From Candidatus Poribacteria bacterium (GTDB taxonomy: Bacteria; Poribacteria; WGA-4E; WGA-3G), in NCBI GenBank assembly GCA_009839975.1, contig VXOP01000361.1, positions 1 through 62,389 on the forward strand: 62,389 nucleotides of DNA, read 5' to 3'. The stretch's first letter is position 1. Each line of letters begins with the position of its first letter. A model generated the notes under the pieces. That model made no database searches. It saw only the letters and a program-made list of their open reading frames with translations, and was not told the DNA's origin. The translations under genes and the position numbers were made by a program. Below are positions 36,388 through 44,855 of this stretch, piece by piece.

Positions 36388-36558
36388 CTAATAAGCTTTC
36401 TTTTTTAGCGCGTTATTGCGTTGTCTCGCCGCTTGGTCAAGTGGACTTGTAGATGTTAACAATTCTGTGGCAGAGTGAGCCGCTGCAAAAGGCACTCCGA
36501 CAAAAAGAGACGCAAAACAGAAAAGAATCATACATAAAGCAATTTTTCTAACAAACAT
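36388..36558 (-). CDS. Small (56 aa) secreted protein (below the ORF-track cutoff)
   Basis: GGAGG RBS, ATG at 36558. MFVRKIALCMILFCFASLFVGVPFAAAHS... is a signal-peptide-like N-terminus. Translated by hand. Confidence 0.4.
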   Translation of the reverse strand: MFVRKIALCMILFCFASLFVGVPFAAAHSATELLTSTSPLDQAARQRNNALKKKAY

Positions 36559-36572
36559 AAAAAATCCTCCTT

Positions 36573-36779
36573 CTAATAATCCCAGATACCAAGTTCTTTC
36601 CAGAGTGCCCTTATTTCTGGATCACCAAAATACTCCGATGAATAATTGAGCACGGTGCCGGAGCTATCGCTAACACTACGCGCATCATCAAGCCAGGGCC
36701 ATGAGAGTTTCATTAAATCCATCTGTCGCGCACCATACGGATACGAGTTAATCTTTTCATGTATTTGATTTGCTATCAT
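36573..36779 (-). CDS. Small hypothetical protein (68 aa)
   Basis: ATGA start/stop overlap with the upstream ORF suggests translational coupling. Confidence 0.4.
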   Translation of the reverse strand: MIANQIHEKINSYPYGARQMDLMKLSWPWLDDARSVSDSSGTVLNYSSEYFGDPEIRALWKELGIWDY

Positions 36780-36976
36780 ATCATGCGAGCCTCACGGCAT
36801 GCCTTCGCTTCCTTTTCATATTCAGGGGTATCTAACTTTTTGCCGTAGGTCTGAATATAGTATATATACAGATATTCCGCCTTGGCATATTCCTGTGTGT
36901 CCGTATCATCTGTTGGAAAGGGTGGTATCCATTCTGCGCTCCAGTGTCCACGTTCTTCTTGCTGCAAGGCAAGCAA
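36776..36976 (-). CDS. Small hypothetical protein (66 aa)
   Basis: First gene of an apparent minus-strand operon. Overlaps the next ORF by 4 nt. Confidence 0.35.
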   Translation of the reverse strand: MLALQQEERGHWSAEWIPPFPTDDTDTQEYAKAEYLYIYYIQTYGKKLDTPEYEKEAKACREARMI

Positions 36977-37021
36977 AACTCCGTTTACACGGTTCTCCTT
37001 TATTATCTGAAAAGAGGCAAA

Positions 37022-37690
37022 ATGAAAATGGGAAAACTACAGAGATCACAAGATGGCACGGTGTCCATCCAAACAAAAAAATATTAGCGTCGGCCGTCGC
37101 GCCGAACACACTCCGAGCATATAGTAGATGCTTGGTCGACCTATCTGCATGGTTGGGTGACAGGTCTATTGATGATGTGCTGTTGGCTGAATACCTTACA
37201 CACCTGCATGAAACTGGGAAGTCTCCGAGCACAATTGGACAGGTCGTAGCGGCTGTGAAATGGCGTGCGAAGTATTCTGGCAAATCCGATTTAGAACTCA
37301 CGCTGACAAACGGGTATCGGTGAGTCTCTTTATGTGTGTGATGACACAAGGAAGATTTTGAATAAATACGTAGCGGATGCAAAGATAACCGATGCTGTTT
37401 TTCGTAGGAGACGCCGCGGCGATCATATCCAAAAGCAAAGACTCACGTGTCAATCTGCGCGACAGATAATCACAAAGCGGGCAGAAGCAGCAGGTATTGA
37501 CGGCTTCATATCGGGTCACTCGCTCCGTGTGGGGTTCTGCGGTGTCTCTTGCACAAGCAGGTGCATCGGTTGTTGATATGCAGGTAGCGGGTAGATGGAA
37601 ATCATCACAGATGCCTGCACACTATGCAAAGGCAGAGTTGGCAGAACGGGGGCAATTGCGAGATATAAAGATGGGAAAAATGGATAACCT
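37022..37690 (+). pseudogene. Decayed Cre-like tyrosine recombinase
   Basis: Pieces in three frames match 19811..20728: MGKLQRSQDGTVSIQTKK / KKILASAV..LAEYLTHLHETGKSP..LTLTNG / ESLYV..GHSLRVG / SAVSLAQAGASVVDMQVAGRWKSSQMPAHYAKAELAERG. About 85 central codons are missing. Confidence 0.85.
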
Positions 37691-38104
37691 AATTATCCAA
37701 TCTGTTAATTTCATCGACTCACCTGTTGCCTCCCAAGTTGCAGTAACGTTTGGGGGTTTTTTTATTACTCTATGTAATAAACCGTGTTTTCAGAATACCA
37801 CTTGATACCTTGCAAAGCTGCAGCAACCTTTGGGGGTAAAAAAAATGTCCGATTAGCATATAAGTTAGTTTTTGCTTCATCTGAATAAAGAATTTTGCCA
37901 AGCCGACTTCATCAACTTCTTTTGGTGGCAACTTATCAGAAAATGAATCGCACACATCGAGCAATATCTCATCATAGGAATTGAGAAGATCAGGACCCGC
38001 CAAAGCAGAACATCCAAAGATAAGGAATTCTGCATCATAGCAGAATCCGAATTTTCCGAATTAAAATAAGTATAATTTACCTTCAAAAAACAACTAACTT
38101 TTTC

Positions 38105-38419
38105 TTGACACTTTTTGCACAATTTTGTATAATGCTTTTTAGACATTAGAAATTCACTGAATTCCGAATTGTGTGGATTATGTCGGAGGGTGCTTAATAT
38201 ATGCACCGACAGTGGTATCAACACTGCCGATGCGTAGCACTGACGTAACAGAACTACGACAGAGCTGGTATCTATCATATCAAATAACGGCTTTTATGTC
38301 ATGCTATAATAGAGACCAGCAACCTCTACAGAGATTGCAATTATATCTCGTTTACCTGCCAATTTCTGTAGTCTGTCTAAACAACTAACCTGCTTCAATG
38401 ATATAATTGGAGGCAAAAG
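38105..38419 (+). ncRNA. Consensus promoter plus ~280-nt conserved leader RNA (copy 2)
   Basis: TTGACA (38105-38110), 17-nt spacer, TATAAT (38128-38133). The transcribed sequence GCTTTTTAGACATTAGAAATTCAC...ATTATGTCGGAGG... matches the minus-strand 12142-region element. Confidence 0.5.
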
Positions 38420-38617
38420 ATGAGACTGGACTACAAAGTTATTCTCATAACCCTTATTATTTTCTCTGCGATTATCGGTGTTCTCATACTCGGCACAGAT
38501 GCAACACCAGATGAGACACCCGTAGAAATACATCAATGTGGCCCAGGCGGAACATGCACTGGGTGTAATGCGGATATATCTAAACCCTCTCCCAAACTGC
38601 CCTATTCGCTGGAGTGA
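38420..38617 (+). CDS. Small membrane protein with a Cys-rich tail
   Basis: GGAGG RBS. TM helix, then HQCGPGGTCTGCN. Confidence 0.45.
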   Translation: MRLDYKVILITLIIFSAIIGVLILGTDATPDETPVEIHQCGPGGTCTGCNADISKPSPKLPYSLE

Positions 38618-38666
38618 GCGAAGTAAAGGGATACCTCTCATAATAATTGAGAAGGAGTAAAATCTC

Positions 38667-39296
38667 ATGAGAAACAAAGTTTATTGGGGACTCGGTGTCC
38701 TCATTGTGCTATTCATAGGTGCTTTTGTGCTTGTGATGGTAAACGAGTATGCAGAAAACGAGCAGCTTGAAGCCGATGCCAAAAAAGCACAAGAACAGGC
38801 AGATCGGAACAAGCAACAAAAGCATGTGACAGATAACCCGCCAACGGATAACCACTCGGACAAAATACCGGTGGCACACCCTGAAAACAATACGCAACAG
38901 GAAGATCAAATTGCTGAACCGCCAACACCCGTTTCAGATGGTGAACTCAGTGAAATCTTGGAACACTTCATGCAAGTGAAAGCACCACCAGGAAGTAACC
39001 TTGAATCACTTCAAAATAGTATACGTATATCTGGTGATCCTCACCAGAGTATTAAGGATCACCCTGTCTATGAAGAATTTTACCAATTTATGATTGATTA
39101 TCCTGATTTTGATTACCAAACTGCAACGACTGAACTCAGACAAAAACGTTCTCGTATACTTCAAGAAATGACAGCAGCAATACGAGGACATGCAGCGGTA
39201 ATGAATGCAAGACAGGCAGCACTTAGAGAGGTAATTGAAGCTTCAACGCCTGAAATGATTCTGGAAGACTTTTCGGATAAAGGAGGGACAGAATAA
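38667..39296 (+). CDS. Membrane-anchored hypothetical protein
   Basis: GGAG RBS. The N-terminus MRNKVYWGLGVLIVLFIG resembles that of 42946..43968 (MKNKFYIGSIFIVLIL). Confidence 0.55.
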   Translation: MRNKVYWGLGVLIVLFIGAFVLVMVNEYAENEQLEADAKKAQEQADRNKQQKHVTDNPPTDNHSDKIPVAHPENNTQQEDQIAEPPTPVSDGELSEILEHFMQVKAPPGSNLESLQNSIRISGDPHQSIKDHPVYEEFYQFMIDYPDFDYQTATTELRQKRSRILQEMTAAIRGHAAVMNARQAALREVIEASTPEMILEDFSDKGGTE

Positions 39297-39667
39297 TGTT
39301 AATCAAGAGAACGGTCTTCACTATTCTTACGTTGTTCATAACGTTGTTGCAGACAACAGCGTTCTCGGAGACGCTAACGAATAGTAAAGGTGTAACGTGG
39401 ACTATCAATGACATTGGTGACGCGCAAAATCATTGGAACACACACGAAGGTTATTTGAATGCAGCTAACGGGAAGATGACACCGTTAACATTGGATAGAA
39501 CAATCATTGAATATGCGTATAATCAGAACTATGCTGCTCTGCAGAAGGCAGCGTCAGTGGGTGTTATGGCAGCGGGTTTTCGACAATATGGCATTGGTCT
39601 TGCAAGTTCACTGTTAACCTTACTTAATCAGAATAATCTTGAGGAGATTACTCGACAAGACGTTTAA
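39296..39667 (+). CDS. Small secreted hypothetical protein
   Basis: Signal-peptide-like N-terminus. The start overlaps the upstream stop (TAATG). Confidence 0.5.
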   Translation: MLIKRTVFTILTLFITLLQTTAFSETLTNSKGVTWTINDIGDAQNHWNTHEGYLNAANGKMTPLTLDRTIIEYAYNQNYAALQKAASVGVMAAGFRQYGIGLASSLLTLLNQNNLEEITRQDV

Positions 39668-39710
39668 ACATCATGATCCTCCTTTACAGGACTAATTGTA
39701 CCGCGTTTAT

Positions 39711-39990
39711 GAAACCTTATTGCGAATTAACACTTACTTTTTGAGTCGGAAGTATCCGAACCAGTTGAATCTTTTCTTCGGTTTGGGTAGCATCAACATT
39801 TTTGTCTTTTCTTGTTCTGTCTTTAACATAGACAAGAGTTGTTTCTCTCGGTCTTTTGCGTCAGCGAGTTCAGCTTTAGTATCCGAGAGTTGTTTTTGCA
39901 TCAACTCAATCACGACGTGGGGTTGTCCGGTGTTATGCTGATGTCCATTCTCTGATATTTCTGGAGTCTCAGGTTGTCTGCGATTGTCTT
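39711..39990. repeat. ~280-bp direct repeat, copy R1
   Basis: Matches 44543-44825. The ORF track shows near-identical plus-strand artefact ORFs at 39696..39941 and 44420..44734. Confidence 0.85.
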
Positions 39991-40186
39991 TTTCGTTTTT
40001 CTCATTGTGTCTCATTGTGCCATTTGTATTGAGTTCTCCGTAATATCGCTGGAGTTCAGCGGTGTCTACAACCAAATCCTTGAGCGTTTTTACTGGTGGA
40101 CAATGCCCCTGATTTCGCATGACGATACAACGCAGCACGTTTGACGGGGACTAAGCTTCTGCTTCTCTCATCCGTATCTTAGACAT
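39734..40186 (-). pseudogene. Coiled-coil hypothetical gene interrupted by an in-frame TAG at codon 12
   Basis: GGAGG RBS and ATG at 40186 (MSKIRMREAEA). TAG at 40151-40153. The same frame continues as the 134-aa ORF 39734..40138. Confidence 0.45.
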
Positions 40187-40448
40187 GGTATATCCTCCTA
40201 TTCTACTATACACTCTTTGGAAGTCTCATCTTGTCTCATATAACGGAATATCATAGAAAATCATTACAGCGTCCGGCAATATCACGAGTTCACACACCCA
40301 ACACGTTACCTTTCGTCATTTGACGAAGGGGGTGACTTTGACAAAATATCTAACATTTTCTTGTAAATGTGATATACTCACCATATCGGATCAAAGTGCA
40401 TCCGGTCACCCGTGATGCACCACACACTACACAAAGGAGGGTGAATAG

Positions 40449-40706
40449 GTGAATGACGCAAAGGAAATTGGCAAAGCGTTTAGCAAATTAGGTGTCGCTG
40501 CTAAAAAGAAAAAAGCCGTCAAAAGATTCATCAGAGTCAGGGACTTACGAAAAAAGGGATTATCAGCACCCAAGATACCTGAGATACTCAACGCTGAAGG
40601 AGGAAACTGGAAACTCAGAACAATATACGAAGATTTTAAGAAAATAAAGCAATCTCAAGGTATCAAAAAGAACGCGTCAGAACGCAATCTGAAAAGCCGA
40701 TTTTGA
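40449..40706 (+). CDS. Small HTH protein (resolvase-type HTH-like)
   Basis: GGAGG RBS. RVRDLRKKGLSAPKIPEILN. Confidence 0.45.
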   Translation: MNDAKEIGKAFSKLGVAAKKKKAVKRFIRVRDLRKKGLSAPKIPEILNAEGGNWKLRTIYEDFKKIKQSQGIKKNASERNLKSRF

Positions 40707-40781
40707 AAGCAGCGTCACAAATTCACACACAGATGGTTTCCACTGTGAGTCTTCTTTATGATTTGATGTTTGCGATATGCG

Positions 40782-41435
40782 TTATGTGTTTTGATACGGA
40801 TTTCCGTTTTCTGTATCGAGTGCGTTTAGATATGCTTTACCGAGTTTTGCTAAAGCGGATTGTGTGAGTCGTGTTACGTATCCTTCTGTGATGTTGAGTT
40901 TTTCGGCGATTTGTTTGCCTTTACAAGCATCAAAGAACTTCATTTCAATTACCTGTCTTTCATTTTCTGAGAGTTTGTTCAGAAGTTTTGGTAAGTTATT
41001 GCGTAAGAACTCAACTTCGATTTTCTGTATTACATTATCAGCCATATTTTCTATGACACAAGCTTGTGCGAACAATCCGGTGACTAAGGGATTGTTTGGG
41101 GCATCGCTGTCTTCCTCATAACATTCTTGATGTGAGTAAGGTATCTCTCTAAGTATTTTTGTTCTTTCCTGCCATAATCGTGTGCATACCTTTGCTTTTA
41201 TGAAGGTTGTGTACGATGCTCCGCTTGGGTGATGTGGGTTATACTTCGGTGTTTCTTCAATGATTGTTAGGAATGCGATCTGTCGCAAATCTTCATTGTG
41301 AGAATGCATCTGTGTGCTTTTTCCACAGGCACAGGAGACACATTGATGCACCGACTTTTCTGCGGAGAGTGGGTTATCTGGTATGACATAGAAAGGACAT
41401 TTACCTCTGTTATTGGGACCTTGTAGTTGTGTCAT
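40782..41435 (-). CDS. Sigma-70-family sigma factor, paralog of 30444..31100
   Basis: Shares RGKCPFY(I/V)(V/I)PD.PLSA, NP.HPSGAS..TF.K..VCTRLW.ER.K and the region 4 HTH. Confidence 0.75.
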   Translation of the reverse strand: MTQLQGPNNRGKCPFYVIPDNPLSAEKSVHQCVSCACGKSTQMHSHNEDLRQIAFLTIIEETPKYNPHHPSGASYTTFIKAKVCTRLWQERTKILREIPYSHQECYEEDSDAPNNPLVTGLFAQACVIENMADNVIQKIEVEFLRNNLPKLLNKLSENERQVIEMKFFDACKGKQIAEKLNITEGYVTRLTQSALAKLGKAYLNALDTENGNPYQNT

Positions 41436-41495
41436 AGTTTGCCTCCAGTGACATGCGCGTTACATGTCGGTTTGTCTATTATATCATTTCTATTT

Positions 41496-41553
41496 GAAAA
41501 TCTTTACTAATTTTTTTCTACGGGCGTTTATAAAAAAAATAGTAAAGATTTTT
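41496..41553. promoter_or_regulatory. Conserved inverted-repeat operator in the sigma/STAS divergent intergenic region (pair 2)
   Basis: GAAAATCTTTACTA (41496-41509) and TAGTAAAGATTTTT (41540-41553) flank ATTTTTTT-CTACGGGCG..-AAAAAAAT. Confidence 0.45.
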
Positions 41554-41600
41554 ATTTTTGTGTGATATATAACGTAAAATGCTATTAGTGAGGTGTATTT

Positions 41601-41945
41601 ATGGACACGAGAGTTCGTTTTCAAGATGGCGTTGTTATCGTTGAACCTGTCAGTCGTCTGATAGGTGCGTCTATTGTTGAGTTGCGTGATACGCTCTATA
41701 GCGAAATAGGTCGTCACACATCTCCTCACATTCTTTTTGATTTCCATCGCACGCGTCGTATAGATAGTGGGGGTCTTGGTGTATTGCTGAATGCTCTTGC
41801 TTTGGTGAAAAAGCGCGGTGGCAGTCTTGGTGTGATGAATTTGTCGAAGATAAAGAGTTTGCTGATGCAGGGTCATCTTCTGCGGTGTTTTGAACATTAT
41901 GATGAAGAACATACCGCGGTATCTTGTCTGTTGCATGCTGCCTAA
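41601..41945 (+). CDS. STAS-domain anti-sigma-antagonist-like protein, paralog of 29855..30196
   Basis: ...ILFDFHRTRRIDSGGLGVLL... Confidence 0.75.
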   Translation: MDTRVRFQDGVVIVEPVSRLIGASIVELRDTLYSEIGRHTSPHILFDFHRTRRIDSGGLGVLLNALALVKKRGGSLGVMNLSKIKSLLMQGHLLRCFEHYDEEHTAVSCLLHAA

Positions 41946-41970
41946 AACATACCACTGCTTGATCTATCAC

Positions 41971-41994
41971 TTGTGGTCTGTCAGATATAATGTT
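41971..41994 (+). promoter_or_regulatory. 24-nt motif identical to one upstream of the other CC1 gene (contains TATAAT)
   Basis: TTGTGGTCTGTCAGATATAATGTT at 41971-41994 equals the reverse complement of 11832-11855. Confidence 0.5.
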
Positions 41995-42053
41995 ATACGA
42001 AAATTGTATAGATGCATGTGAGATACCATTTACACATCAAAGGAGAAATAAAG

Positions 42054-42941
42054 ATGTTATCCATCCGTAATAAGAAGTTAGTCCTTTTTGCTATTACGCT
42101 GTTATGTATTACGACCGTTGTTTCTGCTGTAACTTGGAAGGAACTTTACGCTGCCTTAGATGCGTTTCTAAATGCTAAGGGTGTATGGGAAACAGTTGAA
42201 GGGCAAATAAAGAGTCTTGAAGATGAAACCGAGTCTCTTCAGGCAAAAATTGACCAAGAAAATGAAGATGAACAAAGTGACAACGCATTAATTCTTCACA
42301 ATATGTATATGTCCTCAGTGTATGAGAAAAAAGTTGAGGATATAAAGGAGGATTTGACTGAAGCGAAGACTGACCTGGAGAAAAAGGATTCAAGACTATC
42401 CTCTGCAATAAGTTCTTATGAATTCAGTAAAATTTATGAAAAGAAAGCCAAAAAAGCGTATGACAACTATGTAAGGATGTGTGACGATCCTCGTTATTGT
42501 CAACCAGATTGCTATTATTGTAATGAACATCAGAGATTATATAAAGCGTGGCAGGATTGGAAAAAGGAGAGAGAAGATGCCAAAAAGGAACGTGACGCTG
42601 CCTTCAAAGAATATGTTCCAGCTTATAATTTGGTAGAAGCTATTGAAAAGTGGTTGAACTGGAATGAGCAGGAGCATCGTAAATATAGGGGTTTAGTCAA
42701 GTATTGGGAAAAAGCACGCGATGTTCATGTTGAGAAATCGAAAAAGCTTCAGACGAAATTTGATGAGAAAAATGCCAAACTTACAGAGAGAAGGACAAGA
42801 AAGCTTGAATTACGCGCGGCAACTCCCAGCGTCAGAATATATATGAATAATATTCTGGCAGCGTGGAAACTCCCCGATTTTGATTACGATAAATATATTG
42901 AGAAGAACCCACCTCCAGAAATCATATTTGCAAAGGAGTAA
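42054..42941 (+). CDS. Membrane-anchored coiled-coil protein (CC1 position)
   Basis: AAGGAG RBS before the ATG at 42054. TM helix plus charged coiled-coil-like sequence. Confidence 0.65.
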   Translation: MLSIRNKKLVLFAITLLCITTVVSAVTWKELYAALDAFLNAKGVWETVEGQIKSLEDETESLQAKIDQENEDEQSDNALILHNMYMSSVYEKKVEDIKEDLTEAKTDLEKKDSRLSSAISSYEFSKIYEKKAKKAYDNYVRMCDDPRYCQPDCYYCNEHQRLYKAWQDWKKEREDAKKERDAAFKEYVPAYNLVEAIEKWLNWNEQEHRKYRGLVKYWEKARDVHVEKSKKLQTKFDEKNAKLTERRTRKLELRAATPSVRIYMNNILAAWKLPDFDYDKYIEKNPPPEIIFAKE

Positions 42942-42945
42942 ATCC

Positions 42946-43968
42946 ATGAAAAACAAGTTCTACATAGGCAGCATATTCATTGTTTTGATACTCGTATGTA
43001 TTTTTGTTTGGGCATATCAGAGACAGATCATACCGGCATTAGTTGTGAATGATGATTATTCTAAGAATGCCGTTTCTCAAAATGGGAAAGATACCCGATC
43101 TACTTTGGAAAAAGAGTTTCTGGAGATGTTGTCATCAATGGATATTGATTTTGAAAGCCTAAGTTTAGAGGATCAAGAAAAGTTGATGACACATTATCGG
43201 CAGTCGAAACAAATGACAAGTGAGGCATTTGACAAATACATTACGGAAGAAAACCAAAAGCTCCATAAACAAGTAACTGCATTTGACCAGTTGAATACAG
43301 AAGATAAAATAAGTTGGCTTATGGAAAATAGTTCGGGTGAATTTTCAAAATCACTTGAAGTTATACGTGAGTCCGAAAATCGTATTGCTGACTGGAATGC
43401 TTCCCGTCCACAAAGAGAGGCAGAAGCAGAAAAACGACGTTTGGAGACAGAAGCTGCAAATAAGTGGTTTGAAGAATGGAAACGCGAAACACGTGAACTC
43501 TTAAAAGAACTCGATCTGAAATTAAGATCACCGCGTTCCATACTTTTAGATGATAATGTTGATACCACCATATCGGAGGATTCATCAGAATCCGCAGCAG
43601 AAAACGCAGTTTCCACTTCCCAATCAATTGTTTTTGATTCTGTAGTTTCACTCTCTAAAGTCCAATCAAAATTGAAACCATTTCTTGTAGATTTAGATGA
43701 AAAATACTTTGATGTTGTCGTATCTCAAACGCTAACATCACAAGAGATAGATAGGTATTTTCCGATGGACTTGGATCGTGAGATGCTTCGTTCCCGGACT
43801 ACCGAGATGCAAAAGTTAGTCGTTTCTCAGGTTCGCAAGCTGGTGTCTGATGTCAAGGGGGCAACCGCAGAGCAAAAACGCTCACTCGCAAGGGAACTGG
43901 TGAAAAAAAACTTTGATAAGGATTTCGCAAAATCTATCTTATCAGAGTTAGAAAAAGAGATGGAATAA
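42946..43968 (+). CDS. Membrane-anchored coiled-coil protein (CC2 family)
   Basis: AAGGAG RBS before the ATG at 42946. C-terminus homologous to that of 9698..10933. Confidence 0.7.
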   Translation: MKNKFYIGSIFIVLILVCIFVWAYQRQIIPALVVNDDYSKNAVSQNGKDTRSTLEKEFLEMLSSMDIDFESLSLEDQEKLMTHYRQSKQMTSEAFDKYITEENQKLHKQVTAFDQLNTEDKISWLMENSSGEFSKSLEVIRESENRIADWNASRPQREAEAEKRRLETEAANKWFEEWKRETRELLKELDLKLRSPRSILLDDNVDTTISEDSSESAAENAVSTSQSIVFDSVVSLSKVQSKLKPFLVDLDEKYFDVVVSQTLTSQEIDRYFPMDLDREMLRSRTTEMQKLVVSQVRKLVSDVKGATAEQKRSLARELVKKNFDKDFAKSILSELEKEME

Positions 43969-44007
43969 CACCGATACCTTGCTACACAACTTTTTACAAA
44001 AACGGAC

Positions 44008-44037
44008 AGGCAGGTAATCGTTATCGGTTATCTGCCT
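44008..44037 (+). terminator. Terminator-like hairpin of the GGCAGGTAATCG family
   Basis: AGGCAGGTAATCG-TTAT-CGGTTATCTGCCT: 13 bp including two G-U pairs. Weak U-tract. Confidence 0.5.
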
Positions 44038-44542
44038 CTCTCTTTATACCCAATCTAAACCTTTCCCTACGCAATTCCATCGGTCAGAAGCACACATCCC
44101 ATCGCACTTATACTGATCCGACACCAGATGCTGACTGCCAAACGATAATAGACAACAACATCTTCAGACCCCTCGGCTGGCGAACCGTAGTCAAGCAACC
44201 GCAGTATGAACTGACTGGCACGCTCACCGGTATATCCCCACAAGCATTGATACTTGACACACATTCAAATCAGCAGTTCTCTTTACAGATAGGTGAGAAG
44301 ATCGAGCAAGCAACTCTACACACAATAGAACCGAAGCGGGTTATACTCACACACACAACAGACAAGACAACAGTATTGACACGCTCTCCCATATTTCCGC
44401 GATAATCGCAACACAAAGGATGCACACAATGCCCTACACCGCATTCTTTGCAAACGCCCTACCTAAACACCAGACAGAAAAACAAAACAGACACCCCCCT
44501 ATAAACAGGCAACGGACACCAACACGGATATTGATGTCCTCT

Positions 44543-44825
44543 GAAACATTATTGCGTCTCCGAACTTACTTTTTGAGTCGGAAGTATCCGAGCCAGTTGA
44601 ATCTTTTCTTCGGTTTGTGTAGCATCAACATTTTCGTCTTTTCTTGTTCTGTCTTTAACATAGACAAGAGTTGTCTCTCTCGGTCTTTAGCATCAGCCCA
44701 GTTCAGATTTAGTGTCCGAGAGTTGTTTTTGTAGCAACTCAATCACGATCTGCGGTTGTCCGGTGTTATGCTGATGTCCATTCTCCGATATTTTTGGAGT
44801 CGCATTTTGTCTACGCTTGTCTTGC
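44543..44825 (-). pseudogene. Direct-repeat copy R2: 3' remnant of the 39734..40186 gene with a 1-nt insertion
   Basis: Minus-strand translation PKISENGHQHNTGQPQIVIELLQKQLSDTKSELG stops where copy R1 continues. The 5' part of the gene is absent. Confidence 0.75.
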
Positions 44826-44855
44826 GCGTGTAAAAAACATAGACATCAGGGGTTC

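Noticed and set aside
36799-37323. The 174-aa ORF listed as one protein.
   Set aside because: It is chimeric. The first ~75 codons are antisense to the small-gene operon. The rest is the N-terminal domain of the decayed recombinase, read after a frameshift.
37770-38278. Minus-strand ORFs 37770..38003 and 37877..38278.
   Set aside because: They overlap each other and the consensus promoter and leader at 38105 onward. They lack RBS signals and have AT-rich, low-complexity translations.
39696-39941. Plus-strand ORFs 39696..39941 and 44420..44734 with near-identical peptides.
   Set aside because: Their similarity only reflects the R1/R2 DNA repeat. The coding sense with an RBS and coiled-coil protein is the minus strand.
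41490-41970. Minus-strand ORFs 41490..41936 and 41671..41970.
   Set aside because: They are antisense to the well-supported STAS gene 41601..41945.
44019-44405. Open frame encoding ...NIFRPLGW...LILDTHSNQQFSLQIGEKIEQATL... (GspC/PilP-like).
   Set aside because: There is no in-frame start codon, and it begins inside the upstream terminator. It is probably a gene fragment, so it is not listed as a CDS.
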